IMG/VR virus record: IMGVR_UViG_3300034279_000305
Span: 1 to 64,000 of that record
From: a virus
DNA: 64,000 nucleotides
Strand: one strand, 5' to 3'
Numbering within the stretch: the stretch's first letter is position 1; every line of letters starts with the position of its first letter. This document shows, piece by piece, positions 1-8,844 of the stretch. Position numbers and translations under genes: made by a program. Under the pieces are notes generated by a model, which had not been told where the DNA came from, searched no databases, and worked only from the letters and a program-made list of their open reading frames with translations.

Positions 1-1962
1 CTCTCCTTGCCAGCACTTCTTTAAGTCGCTGGCAAACTTTTTAGCAACTTCCCATTTACCTTCGCGATACAGTTGCAAGAACTTATCATGTTGGAGATGC
101 CCTGCTGCATCAAAGAACGGAAATGCCGTATATATTCTGGCAGGTTCTGTCTTACCTTTAACTGCGATCAGGTCAAGTTCTACTACTTGGTATACATCCC
201 CAACCAATTCGGCAGTTTGCGGTCCGAGGACGAGTTTGACGCCATAAGGTTTGGACTGACCTTCGAGGCGAGCAGCCAAATTAACCCCATCGCCCAAGCA
301 AGTATAATCAAAACGCTGGTCGCTGCCCATATTACCAACAACCACAGTGGCAGTGTTAATGCCAAGACCCATACCGAAAGCGGGAATGCCTTCGCTTTTA
401 ACTTCTTCATTGAAAGTCTCCAAATCTTTGAGCATTTGAAAGGCAGTTTGAACCGCATCTAAAGCATGTTTGTTATTATCTAACGGTGCATTCCAGAATG
501 CCATCTGAGCATCACCAATATACTTATCTAGTGTACCCTTGTTCTCAAGGATTGCTCTTGTCATCACTGTCATATAGCGGTTCATAATCTTAGTAAGACC
601 TTGAACATCTTCGCCATAGTGTTCGGAGATTGTAGTAAAACCGCGAACGTCTGTGAACATGATCGACAGTTCTCGAGAGTCACCACCAAGTGTCAGAAGT
701 TCTGGTTGTCTTTGTAACTGAGCAACGAGATCTGGTGACAGATAGGTTCCGAACTGTTTCTTAATTTGCTGCTTCTGTAGATATTCAGAAATATACTTTG
801 CAGTAAAGATGTGAATATAGATAAGAGCAATAGCAAATATGTTAAATGTTACATCGAACAGAATACCTTTGCTTGCGAACAGATACACAGGCAGATAGAA
901 ATATCCACCGAGAATCGCAGCAATATAAATTATAGAGAATTTAAAACGAGAAAGAATGATCAATGCCAGAGCAAGACAAAGAAAAGCAGCAAGATCCGCA
1001 AGTTGACTCCAAACAGGAATCGACACAGAGTCTCCATTTATCAGAGTTTCAAGAATACTCGCCTGAAGGACGTGGGGATGTTGCGCACCTGATGGAGTCG
1101 CTACAGGGTTCGCAATTCCAGCAGCAGTTACGCCAAGAATTACAATTTTCCCATCAAGACGAGGAATATCAGAACCTAATTCAACAGATGGAAATACGTA
1201 ATTGGGATTGATGAACGTTCTTCCATATTCGTCTGTCTTAATGGTTTCAAAAGAAGGAATTCGTAATGCCTCAACTCCCGTCTGATTTATCTTCGCTTGA
1301 TATGACGGATCTCCAGCAGCAACACGCAGCATCTCTAGAGCAAATGCGGGATAGTATTCGCCAGATGATTGCGCTAGAAGAGGAACTCGCCTTACGACCC
1401 CATCTGTTTCGGGTAAAGTCGATGTTATCCCAACACCGACAGCGGCTTCTTGAAGAACTGAGATATTACTTAGAACGCATGGATATTGAGGAAGAAATTC
1501 AGTTGGTTCTCCATCGCCGACTACGGCAACGCCTGTTCTCCGAATTGTCGCACTTGCCCGTGAACAAGAGTCACTTACCGTCTGACTAAGAACAACTGGA
1601 TACTGATTTAAGGTATCCGCAAGAACTCGATCAGTCCCCATCCGATCAGACTCAGGCATAAGTATAGTGCTACCAACAAGAGTAGCCCCTCTGCCATAAA
1701 TATCGCCAATAATTTTAGCGTGGACTTCGCGAGGGAAAGGCCACTGTCCATATTTTTCAATTGCTTTCTCCCCAATATTAACAGTTACAATTTGTTCGGA
1801 TTGTGTCGGCGAACCGAGCATCAAATAATCATAAAACTTCAATCTTGTGGATTCAACCAAGTATGGGTTTGCTAGTTTTACTGTTAACAATACCGCAAAA
1901 GTAATCAGTGCCAACCAAGGCGAGAGTAGAACTTTTTTAGTTTTTTGTATAAGAGTATCCAT
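1..1962 (-). CDS. CHASE2-domain class III adenylate cyclase (3' end runs off the window; absent from the ORF track)
   Basis: Hand translation of several segments in one frame from ATG at 1962: N-terminal TM (MDTLIQKTKKVLLSPWLALITFAVLL), CHASE2 signature YGQWPFPR, then cyclase motifs LSIMFTDVRGFT, DKYIGDAQMAFWNAP and VGNMGSDQRFDYTCLGDGVNLAARLEG. The frame reaches base 1 without a stop codon in the segments read. Confidence 0.92.
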   Translation of the reverse strand, partial: MDTLIQKTKKVLLSPWLALITFAVLLTVKLANPYLVESTRLKFYDYLMLGSPTQSEQIVTVNIGEKAIEKYGQWPFPREVHAKIIGDIYGRGATLVGSTILMPESDRMGTDRVLADTLNQYPVVLSQTVSDSCSRASATIRRTGVAVVGDGEPTEFLPQYPCVLSNISVLQEAAVGVGITSTLPETDGVVRRVPLLAQSSGEYYPAFALEMLRVAAGDPSYQAKINQTGVEALRIPSFETIKTDEYGRTFINPNYVFPSVELGSDIPRLDGKIVILGVTAAGIANPVATPSGAQHPHVLQASILETLINGDSVSIPVWSQLADLAAFLCLALALIILSRFKFSIIYIAAILGGYFYLPVYLFASKGILFDVTFNIFAIALIYIHIFTAKYISEYLQKQQIKKQFGTYLSPDLVAQLQRQPELLTLGGDSRELSIMFTDVRGFTTISEHYGEDVQGLTKIMNRYMTVMTRAILENKGTLDKYIGDAQMAFWNAPLDNNKHALDAVQTAFQMLKDLETFNEEVKSEGIPAFGMGLGINTATVVVGNMGSDQRFDYTCLGDGVNLAARLEGQSKPYGVKLVLGPQTAELVGDVYQVVELDLIAVKGKTEPARIYTAFPFFDAAGHLQHDKFLQLYREGKWEVAKKFASDLKKCWQGE

Positions 1963-3391
1963 TACATGGTCCAGTCGTGCATGTTATTTCCATTTTCGCA
2001 GAGTCGGCAGTGGTCAAGTTATTTTGCGTGACAGTTACACCAATTCCAGGACTATTTAGTAAAAGTTGAAATTGCTTTGCAGAAGCACCTAATTGAGTAA
2101 CAGATGCAGTAGCGCCACCAAACGGTGCGCTGATATCCAGAAAATGGTTACCAGTCCCTTGTTGCAAGGTACTGATATTATTAGAGTTTCCTAAAGCATT
2201 GATAAACAACGATTTTCCTCCAGCATCTTTTTGTTGCGCTGAGATTTGATTGCCAAGTCCATTGGTAATAATCTCGGCGTATTTACTGCCTTGTTGTTGC
2301 GTCAACGACACTACGTTGTTATTACCTGTAACGGAAACTTCTGCTAAGTTCTTACCAATTGGAGTTGTCGCTGTTCCCTGATTAATAGTTACGCTGTTGC
2401 TGTTGCCGTTAATCGTCATTGCTTGTGCGCCATTCACACCACGAATTTGATTCTGCTTCGAGAACTGTTCAACGTAAACAGAATTACTAGAACCAGTTAC
2501 ATTGATGTAGATAGAGTTTTGTGTAATCGCATTTGTTTGATTAATCTTCAATGATTGGTTCGCGCTGATAGAAGCGAGAGGATATGTTGGAGTAGGAGGA
2601 GCAGGTGGAGGAGGTGGTGGCGCAGAAGAACCAGCATTCGGTTGAACTGGAGTAAATGCTGTTCCATTCAGTGAAGTTGTTCCTTGCATCTGATCAATGA
2701 AAAGAATTGGCGACAATGCAGTATCGCCTAGATTGAATGAGGCAAATCCCAGAAGATAGTTTCCGTCAGCAGGAACTGTGAAGACTGCGACTTGCCAACC
2801 AGTGGCACCGTAAGATCCCACAGAATAATTTCCAGTTCCTTGATTGGTGAATCCCAGAAGCGCGAAGTTTTGAGTTTGCCCGTTGATTGTCGGAGTACCA
2901 TTACCACCAGTAACAGTGATCATCGATCCATCATTGTATGGAACATAATCGGTTGAGACATACTGCCAAGCATAAGTGTATGTTGTACCTGCTTGAAGAA
3001 ACACTGTTCTACTAATAGAAGTCGCATTGGTAGGATACATGCTACCATTAGAGTAAATAGTATTTCTAATTGATGTAATTGTAGAACCTGACAACCCCAA
3101 AGTAGTCATGGCGCCATCAAATCCAGGAGAACCATTTCCTGCCTGTAGCGATACCATGTAAGATCCATACGGAGTTACTGTCCAGCACTTACCGCCACCT
3201 GGACAATAGTTAGTCATACCAGTTGTTACTTGAACACCAGAACCACTATCACTCCACGAAGTTCTTGTGGCAGTTGAACCGTTACTAACAGTCCAACCAG
3301 TATAGTTACCATTTTCGAAACCGTAGTTCGTTACCTGTGCGAACGCTGGTATCGTAAAGAATAGTAAAAATAGAGCAATTAGTTTTTTCAT
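1937..3391 (-). CDS. Secreted protein: N-terminal beta-rich domain, Pro-rich linker, C-terminal curlin-like repeats
   Basis: Signal peptide ending AFA, SSAPPPPPPAPPTPT linker, repeats such as VTGNNNVVSLTQQQG and ALGNSNNISTLQQGTGNH; lies in the csgFG operon. Confidence 0.7.
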   Translation of the reverse strand: MKKLIALFLLFFTIPAFAQVTNYGFENGNYTGWTVSNGSTATRTSWSDSGSGVQVTTGMTNYCPGGGKCWTVTPYGSYMVSLQAGNGSPGFDGAMTTLGLSGSTITSIRNTIYSNGSMYPTNATSISRTVFLQAGTTYTYAWQYVSTDYVPYNDGSMITVTGGNGTPTINGQTQNFALLGFTNQGTGNYSVGSYGATGWQVAVFTVPADGNYLLGFASFNLGDTALSPILFIDQMQGTTSLNGTAFTPVQPNAGSSAPPPPPPAPPTPTYPLASISANQSLKINQTNAITQNSIYINVTGSSNSVYVEQFSKQNQIRGVNGAQAMTINGNSNSVTINQGTATTPIGKNLAEVSVTGNNNVVSLTQQQGSKYAEIITNGLGNQISAQQKDAGGKSLFINALGNSNNISTLQQGTGNHFLDISAPFGGATASVTQLGASAKQFQLLLNSPGIGVTVTQNNLTTADSAKMEITCTTGPCNGYSYTKN

Positions 3392-4533
3392 CTTGCACCT
3401 GTTTCTTGCATCACAGTTATATTACCTTGTGGTCTACCAGTTCCCGATGTTGTCCACTTATCGTCTACAAAGTTGTAAACATCTATCAAACCATTTTGAA
3501 CAGATACAACTTGCGCTTCGTTACCTTTCTCCAACCAGATAGTAACTGCCTGTTGTCTGTCTTCTGACAGTCGAGTATATACCCAACCGACCTGAACGTT
3601 CTTCTTGAATGTTGGTGATACATTAGTATAGACGGTTTCTGCTGGAATACTACCTTCATTATATTCAGCAAAAACTTCTAGTAGTTCTTGTGGTGTTGCT
3701 GCTCGACGCATCGACACAGCAACTTGTTCTGTATTATCATTCGTACCTGCATCGGGATCCTTATTGTCATCCGATGCTGCTTTTGCTGGGTTAGTGAATT
3801 TCTTTAAACTATCTCTGGCAAGTTGTAGTAAACTCTGACCATCATCTGTTTCCAACGGAACAATTTGAACATTGTTGTCTAATGTCTTAATCAAAGGATT
3901 GATGACTACTGGTGGAGCAGGAGGAGCAAAGTTATTTTCTACGACTGTTGCTTGGAATGGTTGGTTCAACGTAACTACACCAGATGCAGTAATAACTTCA
4001 ATCATACCCGTCGGACATTGAGCAGTTTGTTTTGTGATGTCTAATTCGTTATAACATTCGGGAACCAGCACGACCGTAGAACGACCTGCTTCATCAACCG
4101 ACATAACGAAGTCTGTGCCACGAACTGCGATAGTAGCAGTCGGTGTGCGAATGTTTACGCCTCGTGGGTTTGTTTTCGCGACTTTACCTGATGCGTATCT
4201 GACGGTGCCAAGTGCGACCCGAAGTCCAAGTTTGCCCTTCGTCTTCCCTCCCCCATCATACACAAAGTCGTCCACAAGAAGTCGCGAGTTTTCTGTAATA
4301 TTAACCGTAGTCGAGTCATTAAATGTAATCCTAAATCTGCCTTGACTGTTTGTTGAAACAGTGTCCATCTTTTGAACTCGTGCACCCTTAGATGCAACTG
4401 TAGTCTTGGCGCCACGCTTAATAGCACCGCCTCCTCTGAAATCTGTTATCGACCCAATATCCGCAAAGGCAGGAGTCGATAACAGAAATATCAGTAGAAG
4501 ATTAGTGACCAGTTTTGATATTAAACGTGCCAT
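3388..4533 (-). CDS. FecR-domain periplasmic protein
   Basis: Signal peptide; FecR motifs DTVST..GRFRITFNDSTTVNITENS and IRTPTATIAVRGTDF. Confidence 0.85.
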   Translation of the reverse strand: MARLISKLVTNLLLIFLLSTPAFADIGSITDFRGGGAIKRGAKTTVASKGARVQKMDTVSTNSQGRFRITFNDSTTVNITENSRLLVDDFVYDGGGKTKGKLGLRVALGTVRYASGKVAKTNPRGVNIRTPTATIAVRGTDFVMSVDEAGRSTVVLVPECYNELDITKQTAQCPTGMIEVITASGVVTLNQPFQATVVENNFAPPAPPVVINPLIKTLDNNVQIVPLETDDGQSLLQLARDSLKKFTNPAKAASDDNKDPDAGTNDNTEQVAVSMRRAATPQELLEVFAEYNEGSIPAETVYTNVSPTFKKNVQVGWVYTRLSEDRQQAVTIWLEKGNEAQVVSVQNGLIDVYNFVDDKWTTSGTGRPQGNITVMQETGAR

Positions 4534-5275
4534 TTGATCCCACACTATTAATATTGATCACAGTTTCAGATGCACCATACTGTTGTGTTGTTACAGTGTT
4601 TAGCGAACCTGTCAGATTTACATATAGTGAGTGACCGAATGTTCCACCGAGATCGGTTTGTGTAACATCAAAGTCATTATAGTTGCCTGTCACCAGAATA
4701 GTTTGTGACGCATTTGGTGATAGTGCATCCATGTTGATTGTGTTATTGTTACCGTTGAAATCCATAGAGTTACGGATATTAGCACCCGAACCACGGAAAA
4801 CAAACGAGTTGTTATTACCAGTGAACTTGGCATTCATGTCGAGTTGATTACATGAGGAGTCAGTAACTTCAGTTCCGCAACGAATAGTAGCAGTGTTCAA
4901 ATCGCCAATTTGACGAATTGTTACATCGGCGATTCCTTGGGCTCCTGTATCGGATACGACACCCATATAAAGTTGGTTTCCATTGCCTGTCTGTATTGCG
5001 ATAACGCTCTGGTTATCACCACGTAGGTAAATAGGATCAAGAGTAGAACCGATAACGTTAGCAGTACCAGTTTGAACGATGTTAACATCTACGTTACCCC
5101 CTTCTTGATCGATATATACCTTATTTGTTGTTGCAACAGTATTCGCCTCTGTTTCGTTTGGTGAAGTTGTTACGATTGCTGGAGGAGTTGGTGCTGTTGG
5201 CAGCACGGTTTGTGCAATCACAGATGTTCCATAACAAAGAGCAGCGCCAACTAATAAAAACTTACTTAGTTTCAT
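4502..5275 (-). CDS. Curlin-like repeat protein (CsgA/CsgB-like)
   Basis: Signal peptide MKLSKFLLVGAALCYGTSVIA; repeated QxGxxN motifs (IVQTGTAN, IQTGNGN, IRQIGDLN); directly downstream of csgG. Confidence 0.75.
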   Translation of the reverse strand: MKLSKFLLVGAALCYGTSVIAQTVLPTAPTPPAIVTTSPNETEANTVATTNKVYIDQEGGNVDVNIVQTGTANVIGSTLDPIYLRGDNQSVIAIQTGNGNQLYMGVVSDTGAQGIADVTIRQIGDLNTATIRCGTEVTDSSCNQLDMNAKFTGNNNSFVFRGSGANIRNSMDFNGNNNTINMDALSPNASQTILVTGNYNDFDVTQTDLGGTFGHSLYVNLTGSLNTVTTQQYGASETVININSVGSNGTFNIKTGH

Positions 5276-6086
5276 TTGTTGTTTCCTTTTGTTTGAATCT
5301 CCATAGATTCTTAGTTTCACCATCCTTGATCAACTCAACAACGGCCGTTTCTATGGCTGAACGGATCGCATAACTACCTGCTTCATTACTTGTTTGTTGT
5401 CCATCAAATTCAAACGCTTTAGTCGCCATATCGAAGAATGTGAAAGCAGTTACCCCCTCGGAAGTAGAGAGAACAGTTTTCTCTACAGTAACCGAATTGA
5501 GGACTTCACCAGTTTGGACAGAAACTAGGCGAAGACTAACTGTAACTTGGTCTTGTGTGTATTGCTGGTATGGACCGACGCCAAGGAATCTAGCACCAGT
5601 ACCACCAGTTTTAATATTCGAGTTATAATCAATGATACCACCTTCTATGATGATACCTGCAACCTTTAGCGGTGGAAGAGGTTCAGCACCTTCTCCAGAA
5701 ATCTGTTCGCGCATCTGGCGAACAAGTTGACGTTCTTTAATCAGCGAATCGATACCAACACGCTCAACAGGAATAAACCACTTACCATTACCTGTGTCTT
5801 GTAGAGTCTTAATCAGATATGCGTCTGCACCCTGAGTTACCGCAGTCGAGAAACTTGCAAGAGTTGAAGATGGTTTACGTTGACCAGTTCTATCGGTGAA
5901 CGAATATAATGCGATAGGAATTGGTTGTCCGTCTAACTCAGGAAGATCCTTGAACAACTTTGGATTAGCAAAACGTTTGACTTCTGCGTCATCTCTGAAC
6001 AGATATGATTGGTTGGCAGTAGGATGAAGTGCGCCAACACAACCAGAAAGGACGAGCAAAAGCGGAAGGAGAATTAACTTTTTCAT
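5262..6086 (-). CDS. csgG: Curli secretion channel lipoprotein CsgG
   Basis: Lipobox LSGC; FTDRTGQRKP, FSTAVTQGA, WFIPVER, LIKERQLVRQMR, EGGIIDYNSNIKTGGTGARFLGVG, DQVTVSLRLVSVQTGEVL. Confidence 0.93.
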   Translation of the reverse strand: MKKLILLPLLLVLSGCVGALHPTANQSYLFRDDAEVKRFANPKLFKDLPELDGQPIPIALYSFTDRTGQRKPSSTLASFSTAVTQGADAYLIKTLQDTGNGKWFIPVERVGIDSLIKERQLVRQMREQISGEGAEPLPPLKVAGIIIEGGIIDYNSNIKTGGTGARFLGVGPYQQYTQDQVTVSLRLVSVQTGEVLNSVTVEKTVLSTSEGVTAFTFFDMATKAFEFDGQQTSNEAGSYAIRSAIETAVVELIKDGETKNLWRFKQKETTNETK

Positions 6087-6095
6087 AACGTCTCC

Positions 6096-6545
6096 TTAGA
6101 ATGCGAATGTAGCAATAGGAACGACAACAACCGTAGTGTTACCATTCTTATCAACAACTGTCAGTCTAACTTCGGTTCCAGTCTTGACGTAACTTACGGA
6201 GTTACCGTCGAGGTTGAATGTCCCTGCACTGGCATTTCCACCTTCTGCGAACAGATTGTTCGAAAGTTGCGTAGCAAGTTGGGCATATACCTGAGAGGTA
6301 AACAGCGCCATGAATTTAGCGAGTGGCGTATTAGATGCCTCTGCTCTTGCTAGTGCTGCCTTTGCTGCCTCAGCATCTTTAATTGCCTGTTCACGCGAAC
6401 GCTCTTGCGAGTCGATTGATTGCACGTGTGAAGACCACCCATAACCAGTAAAGGAAGGTGATTTAAATTGTTGGACAATAGGATCTGCGTATACTGGACT
6501 ACTTAGACTTAGTAGTGCCAGGAGCATCGTCGCTCGTTTTAGCAT
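6096..6545 (-). CDS. csgF: Curli assembly component CsgF
   Basis: Signal peptide followed by QQFKSPSFTG, VYAQLATQLSNNLF and a C-terminal beta region; adjacent to csgG. Confidence 0.85.
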   Translation of the reverse strand: MLKRATMLLALLSLSSPVYADPIVQQFKSPSFTGYGWSSHVQSIDSQERSREQAIKDAEAAKAALARAEASNTPLAKFMALFTSQVYAQLATQLSNNLFAEGGNASAGTFNLDGNSVSYVKTGTEVRLTVVDKNGNTTVVVVPIATFAF

Positions 6546-6636
6546 CTTTCTCTTCCTTTTTGTTTTTGTTGTCAGAAGAAAAATTTAAATCAAAGGAAAA
6601 TACTTTAAGGATCTCAATCTTTAGATTTAGTGTCAT
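6499..6636 (-). CDS. Small hypothetical protein (45 aa)
   Basis: Hand translation MTLNLKIEILKVFSFDLNFSS...TKSK*; fills the gap between neighbours and overlaps both. Confidence 0.35.
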   Translation of the reverse strand: MTLNLKIEILKVFSFDLNFSSDNKNKKEEKDAKTSDDAPGTTKSK

Positions 6637-6880
6637 TACTGTGATCCTCTTTTATTTGCAAAACTACACTCACCTTCTGGTTTAATCTAATCAAATCGTT
6701 GTCGAGCATACGAACACGATCAATCAACGCAATCAAAATTACGTTTGTCTCACCAATCAACGGCATCAATTTATCAGTTACGAACTTATAAATGAACCAA
6801 ACAAAATATCCCATACCGACAGATGCGACGATTGGGAATCCATATTGTTTAACTAGTTCTGCTACAATTGATGGATCCAT
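6614..6880 (-). CDS. Small membrane protein (YvrJ-like N-terminus)
   Basis: GFPIV TM segment followed by a coiled region; paralog of the upstream gene. Confidence 0.6.
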   Translation of the reverse strand: MDPSIVAELVKQYGFPIVASVGMGYFVWFIYKFVTDKLMPLIGETNVILIALIDRVRMLDNDLIRLNQKVSVVLQIKEDHSNDTKSKD

Positions 6881-7167
6881 TAATCTTTCCGAGCATCGTT
6901 CTTCCCGTCTGCTCGTGCGATTCTGTCTAGATCTGGTTTAAGACCCAAGGCGGAACTAACAACTGCATCAACGCGAATAATATCATGGTTCATTGTCTTG
7001 ACTCGGTTGTCGAGTCCCATAATAATACCCTGCATTCCCTTGAGTGCTTTAACAACGCTCTCGAGAATGTAGTTGATAACAAAATATACGAAGACACCCG
7101 CAAGTAAAGCACCTGCGATTGGGAATCCCACATCTCCGATCAATTTAAATATAGCATCGTATGTCAT
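6880..7167 (-). CDS. Small membrane protein (YvrJ-like N-terminus)
   Basis: IGDVGFPIAG TM segment; LDNRVKTMNHDIIRV resembles IDRVRMLDNDLIRL of the neighbour. Confidence 0.6.
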   Translation of the reverse strand: MTYDAIFKLIGDVGFPIAGALLAGVFVYFVINYILESVVKALKGMQGIIMGLDNRVKTMNHDIIRVDAVVSSALGLKPDLDRIARADGKNDARKD

Positions 7168-7172
7168 ACGAT

Positions 7173-7180
7173 TATTTATA
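7173..7180 (-). promoter_or_regulatory. T4-type late promoter TATAAATA heading the curli-like operon
   Basis: Exact TATAAATA ending 5 nt upstream of the ATG at 7167. Confidence 0.75.
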
Positions 7181-7185
7181 AGAAG

Positions 7186-8301
7186 TTATCTTATAATGTC
7201 AATTTTTCCAATTGAGTCAGCATTCCAAACCTCTAAGTCGCGTCGTAAACGACCTTCTGCAACCAGATTATCATATCTAGACGTTGCCTTACGCTTCCAC
7301 CACGAAATAATATTATCCATATAATGTTTATCAAAGTTTTGTCCAGGAATTAACTTATCCTGCTTACCGAGAATAACTTCTTTGGAATTTTCATACCCGT
7401 ATGTTGAAATATAGAAACGTTTCTTAGTAGTAATGTCTTTATTTAGTTTGAGAGCATCGCAGAATACAGAATAGTATTCGGAGTCATGTTCTTTCAGGGA
7501 TTTACTGATGATGCTATTCATCTTATTCTGCATCTTCATCTTATATGATGCTACACCGTCGCGACCAAACAATGGCGCTCCGCCGTTTTTCTCGTAGAAC
7601 CATTCCATGGTCTCATCCCAGAAATCGTCTGAGAAAGAGAGAACAAAATTACTAAGAGTGTCGCCTGTATAACGAATGAACGGTTTTAGTCCATCATACT
7701 GAGATGCTTGCTTGATGCTGCCATATAATGAAGTGGTTTCAAATAGACAAGTGTCCATGTTATACTTCTTGTTAAACATCTCGCGAAACTCGTGCGAGGT
7801 GCAAAGAAGTGCAAGAAGTTTACCACCCAGATAATTAAATCCGAACGGTTGAGCAGGAACAATGATGAAACCCATCACCGCATGCTTGTTGAACGATTTT
7901 AGATCGGGAACTTGCCCGAACCATTCATTGCGTGGACGTGAATTGATAAAGGGACTGGCGACGCGACAGAATCCTACGTGCTTACCCGTATTCTTTTCTC
8001 TTACGATAAACTTGATTTCCTTCCCGAACGAATTTTCATTACAAAAGGAAGAAGTGATTTCTACCATTGTCGAGAATTCGCTCGGGGAAGGTTCATAGAT
8101 CTCAAGATCCATGTCTTCAGGGTGCATATTAAAGTCGGAGAACAAATTGTTCTCGGGTTCAAACCCTGGAAGAGAGTGTGGAAGGGTTTTTAACCGCTCC
8201 AGTTTTTTCATGCGCATGTGGTCGTCAATACGACCATAATTTGACATGTAGTCAACGAATCGTTTTGCGATGTATTCTGCGTCGTGTTTTTCTAATATCA
8301 T
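7186..8301 (-). CDS. DUF4338/DruA-like protein (possibly GNAT/Mom-related)
   Basis: IVPAQPFGFNYLGGKLLALL and FETTSLYG...SQYDG motifs. Confidence 0.6.
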   Translation of the reverse strand: MILEKHDAEYIAKRFVDYMSNYGRIDDHMRMKKLERLKTLPHSLPGFEPENNLFSDFNMHPEDMDLEIYEPSPSEFSTMVEITSSFCNENSFGKEIKFIVREKNTGKHVGFCRVASPFINSRPRNEWFGQVPDLKSFNKHAVMGFIIVPAQPFGFNYLGGKLLALLCTSHEFREMFNKKYNMDTCLFETTSLYGSIKQASQYDGLKPFIRYTGDTLSNFVLSFSDDFWDETMEWFYEKNGGAPLFGRDGVASYKMKMQNKMNSIISKSLKEHDSEYYSVFCDALKLNKDITTKKRFYISTYGYENSKEVILGKQDKLIPGQNFDKHYMDNIISWWKRKATSRYDNLVAEGRLRRDLEVWNADSIGKIDIIR

Positions 8302-8844
8302 TTAACCAGTATAAAGCATTTTTTTGATAAAGTCAATGATTTTTTGCTGATCATCAAAAGATTCATTAAGAAACTCGGTCATTTCCATCTGAAGAACGAA
8401 GTTGGAACGAATGTTATTGATTTTACTTTCGCGACCCTTCAACCAAGTCTCGTCTTGGTTACTACCACGTTCTGCGTAGCGAACATTTCGAGTTTCCTTC
8501 GTGGTTTGTAGATAAACGATACTGGTGTCATACTTATCGACACATTCCTCTAGGAATGAACCTGTGCAAAGACGATCGCCCTCGAAAAGAACAATATCTG
8601 TAGCAGCGCGAGATGCAAGAAACTTCACTGCCTCTGGTTGAACTGCCATCGACATCTTGTCAGTGCCACCGAAGACTTCACCTTCTTCATACTTACCCAG
8701 AACGTAAATGTTGTCCTTGTTATGATAGGGAACCAACTTTACATCAGTCTTCACTTCACGGGAAATGCCAACCTCGTCTAGCAAACGCTTCATAAGGGTA
8801 GACTTACCGCTTCCAGGTTCACCGAAAATTGCAATTACTTTCAT
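8302..8844 (-). CDS. P-loop nucleotide kinase (5hmU-DNA-kinase-like)
   Basis: GEPGSGKST, LGKY...FGGTDKMSMAVQP, LFEGDRL, RYAERGSNQDETWLKGRESK; coupled to the aGPT-PPase gene. Confidence 0.8.
   Translation of the reverse strand: MKVIAIFGEPGSGKSTLMKRLLDEVGISREVKTDVKLVPYHNKDNIYVLGKYEEGEVFGGTDKMSMAVQPEAVKFLASRAATDIVLFEGDRLCTGSFLEECVDKYDTSIVYLQTTKETRNVRYAERGSNQDETWLKGRESKINNIRSNFVLQMEMTEFLNESFDDQQKIIDFIKKMLYTG
8308..8336 (-). promoter_or_regulatory. Sigma70-type promoter for the DruA-like gene
   Basis: TTGACT-17 bp-TATACT. Confidence 0.65.

Noticed and set aside
73-1589. ORF-track entries 73-462, 183-458, 811-1092, 963-1211 and 1266-1589
   Set aside because: They are shadows or off-frame ORFs of the minus-strand CHASE2 cyclase, which has clear motifs.
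7186-8301. Druantia anti-phage system
   Set aside because: Only a DruA-like gene is present, with no DruE helicase or other partners, and the context is a phage genome.
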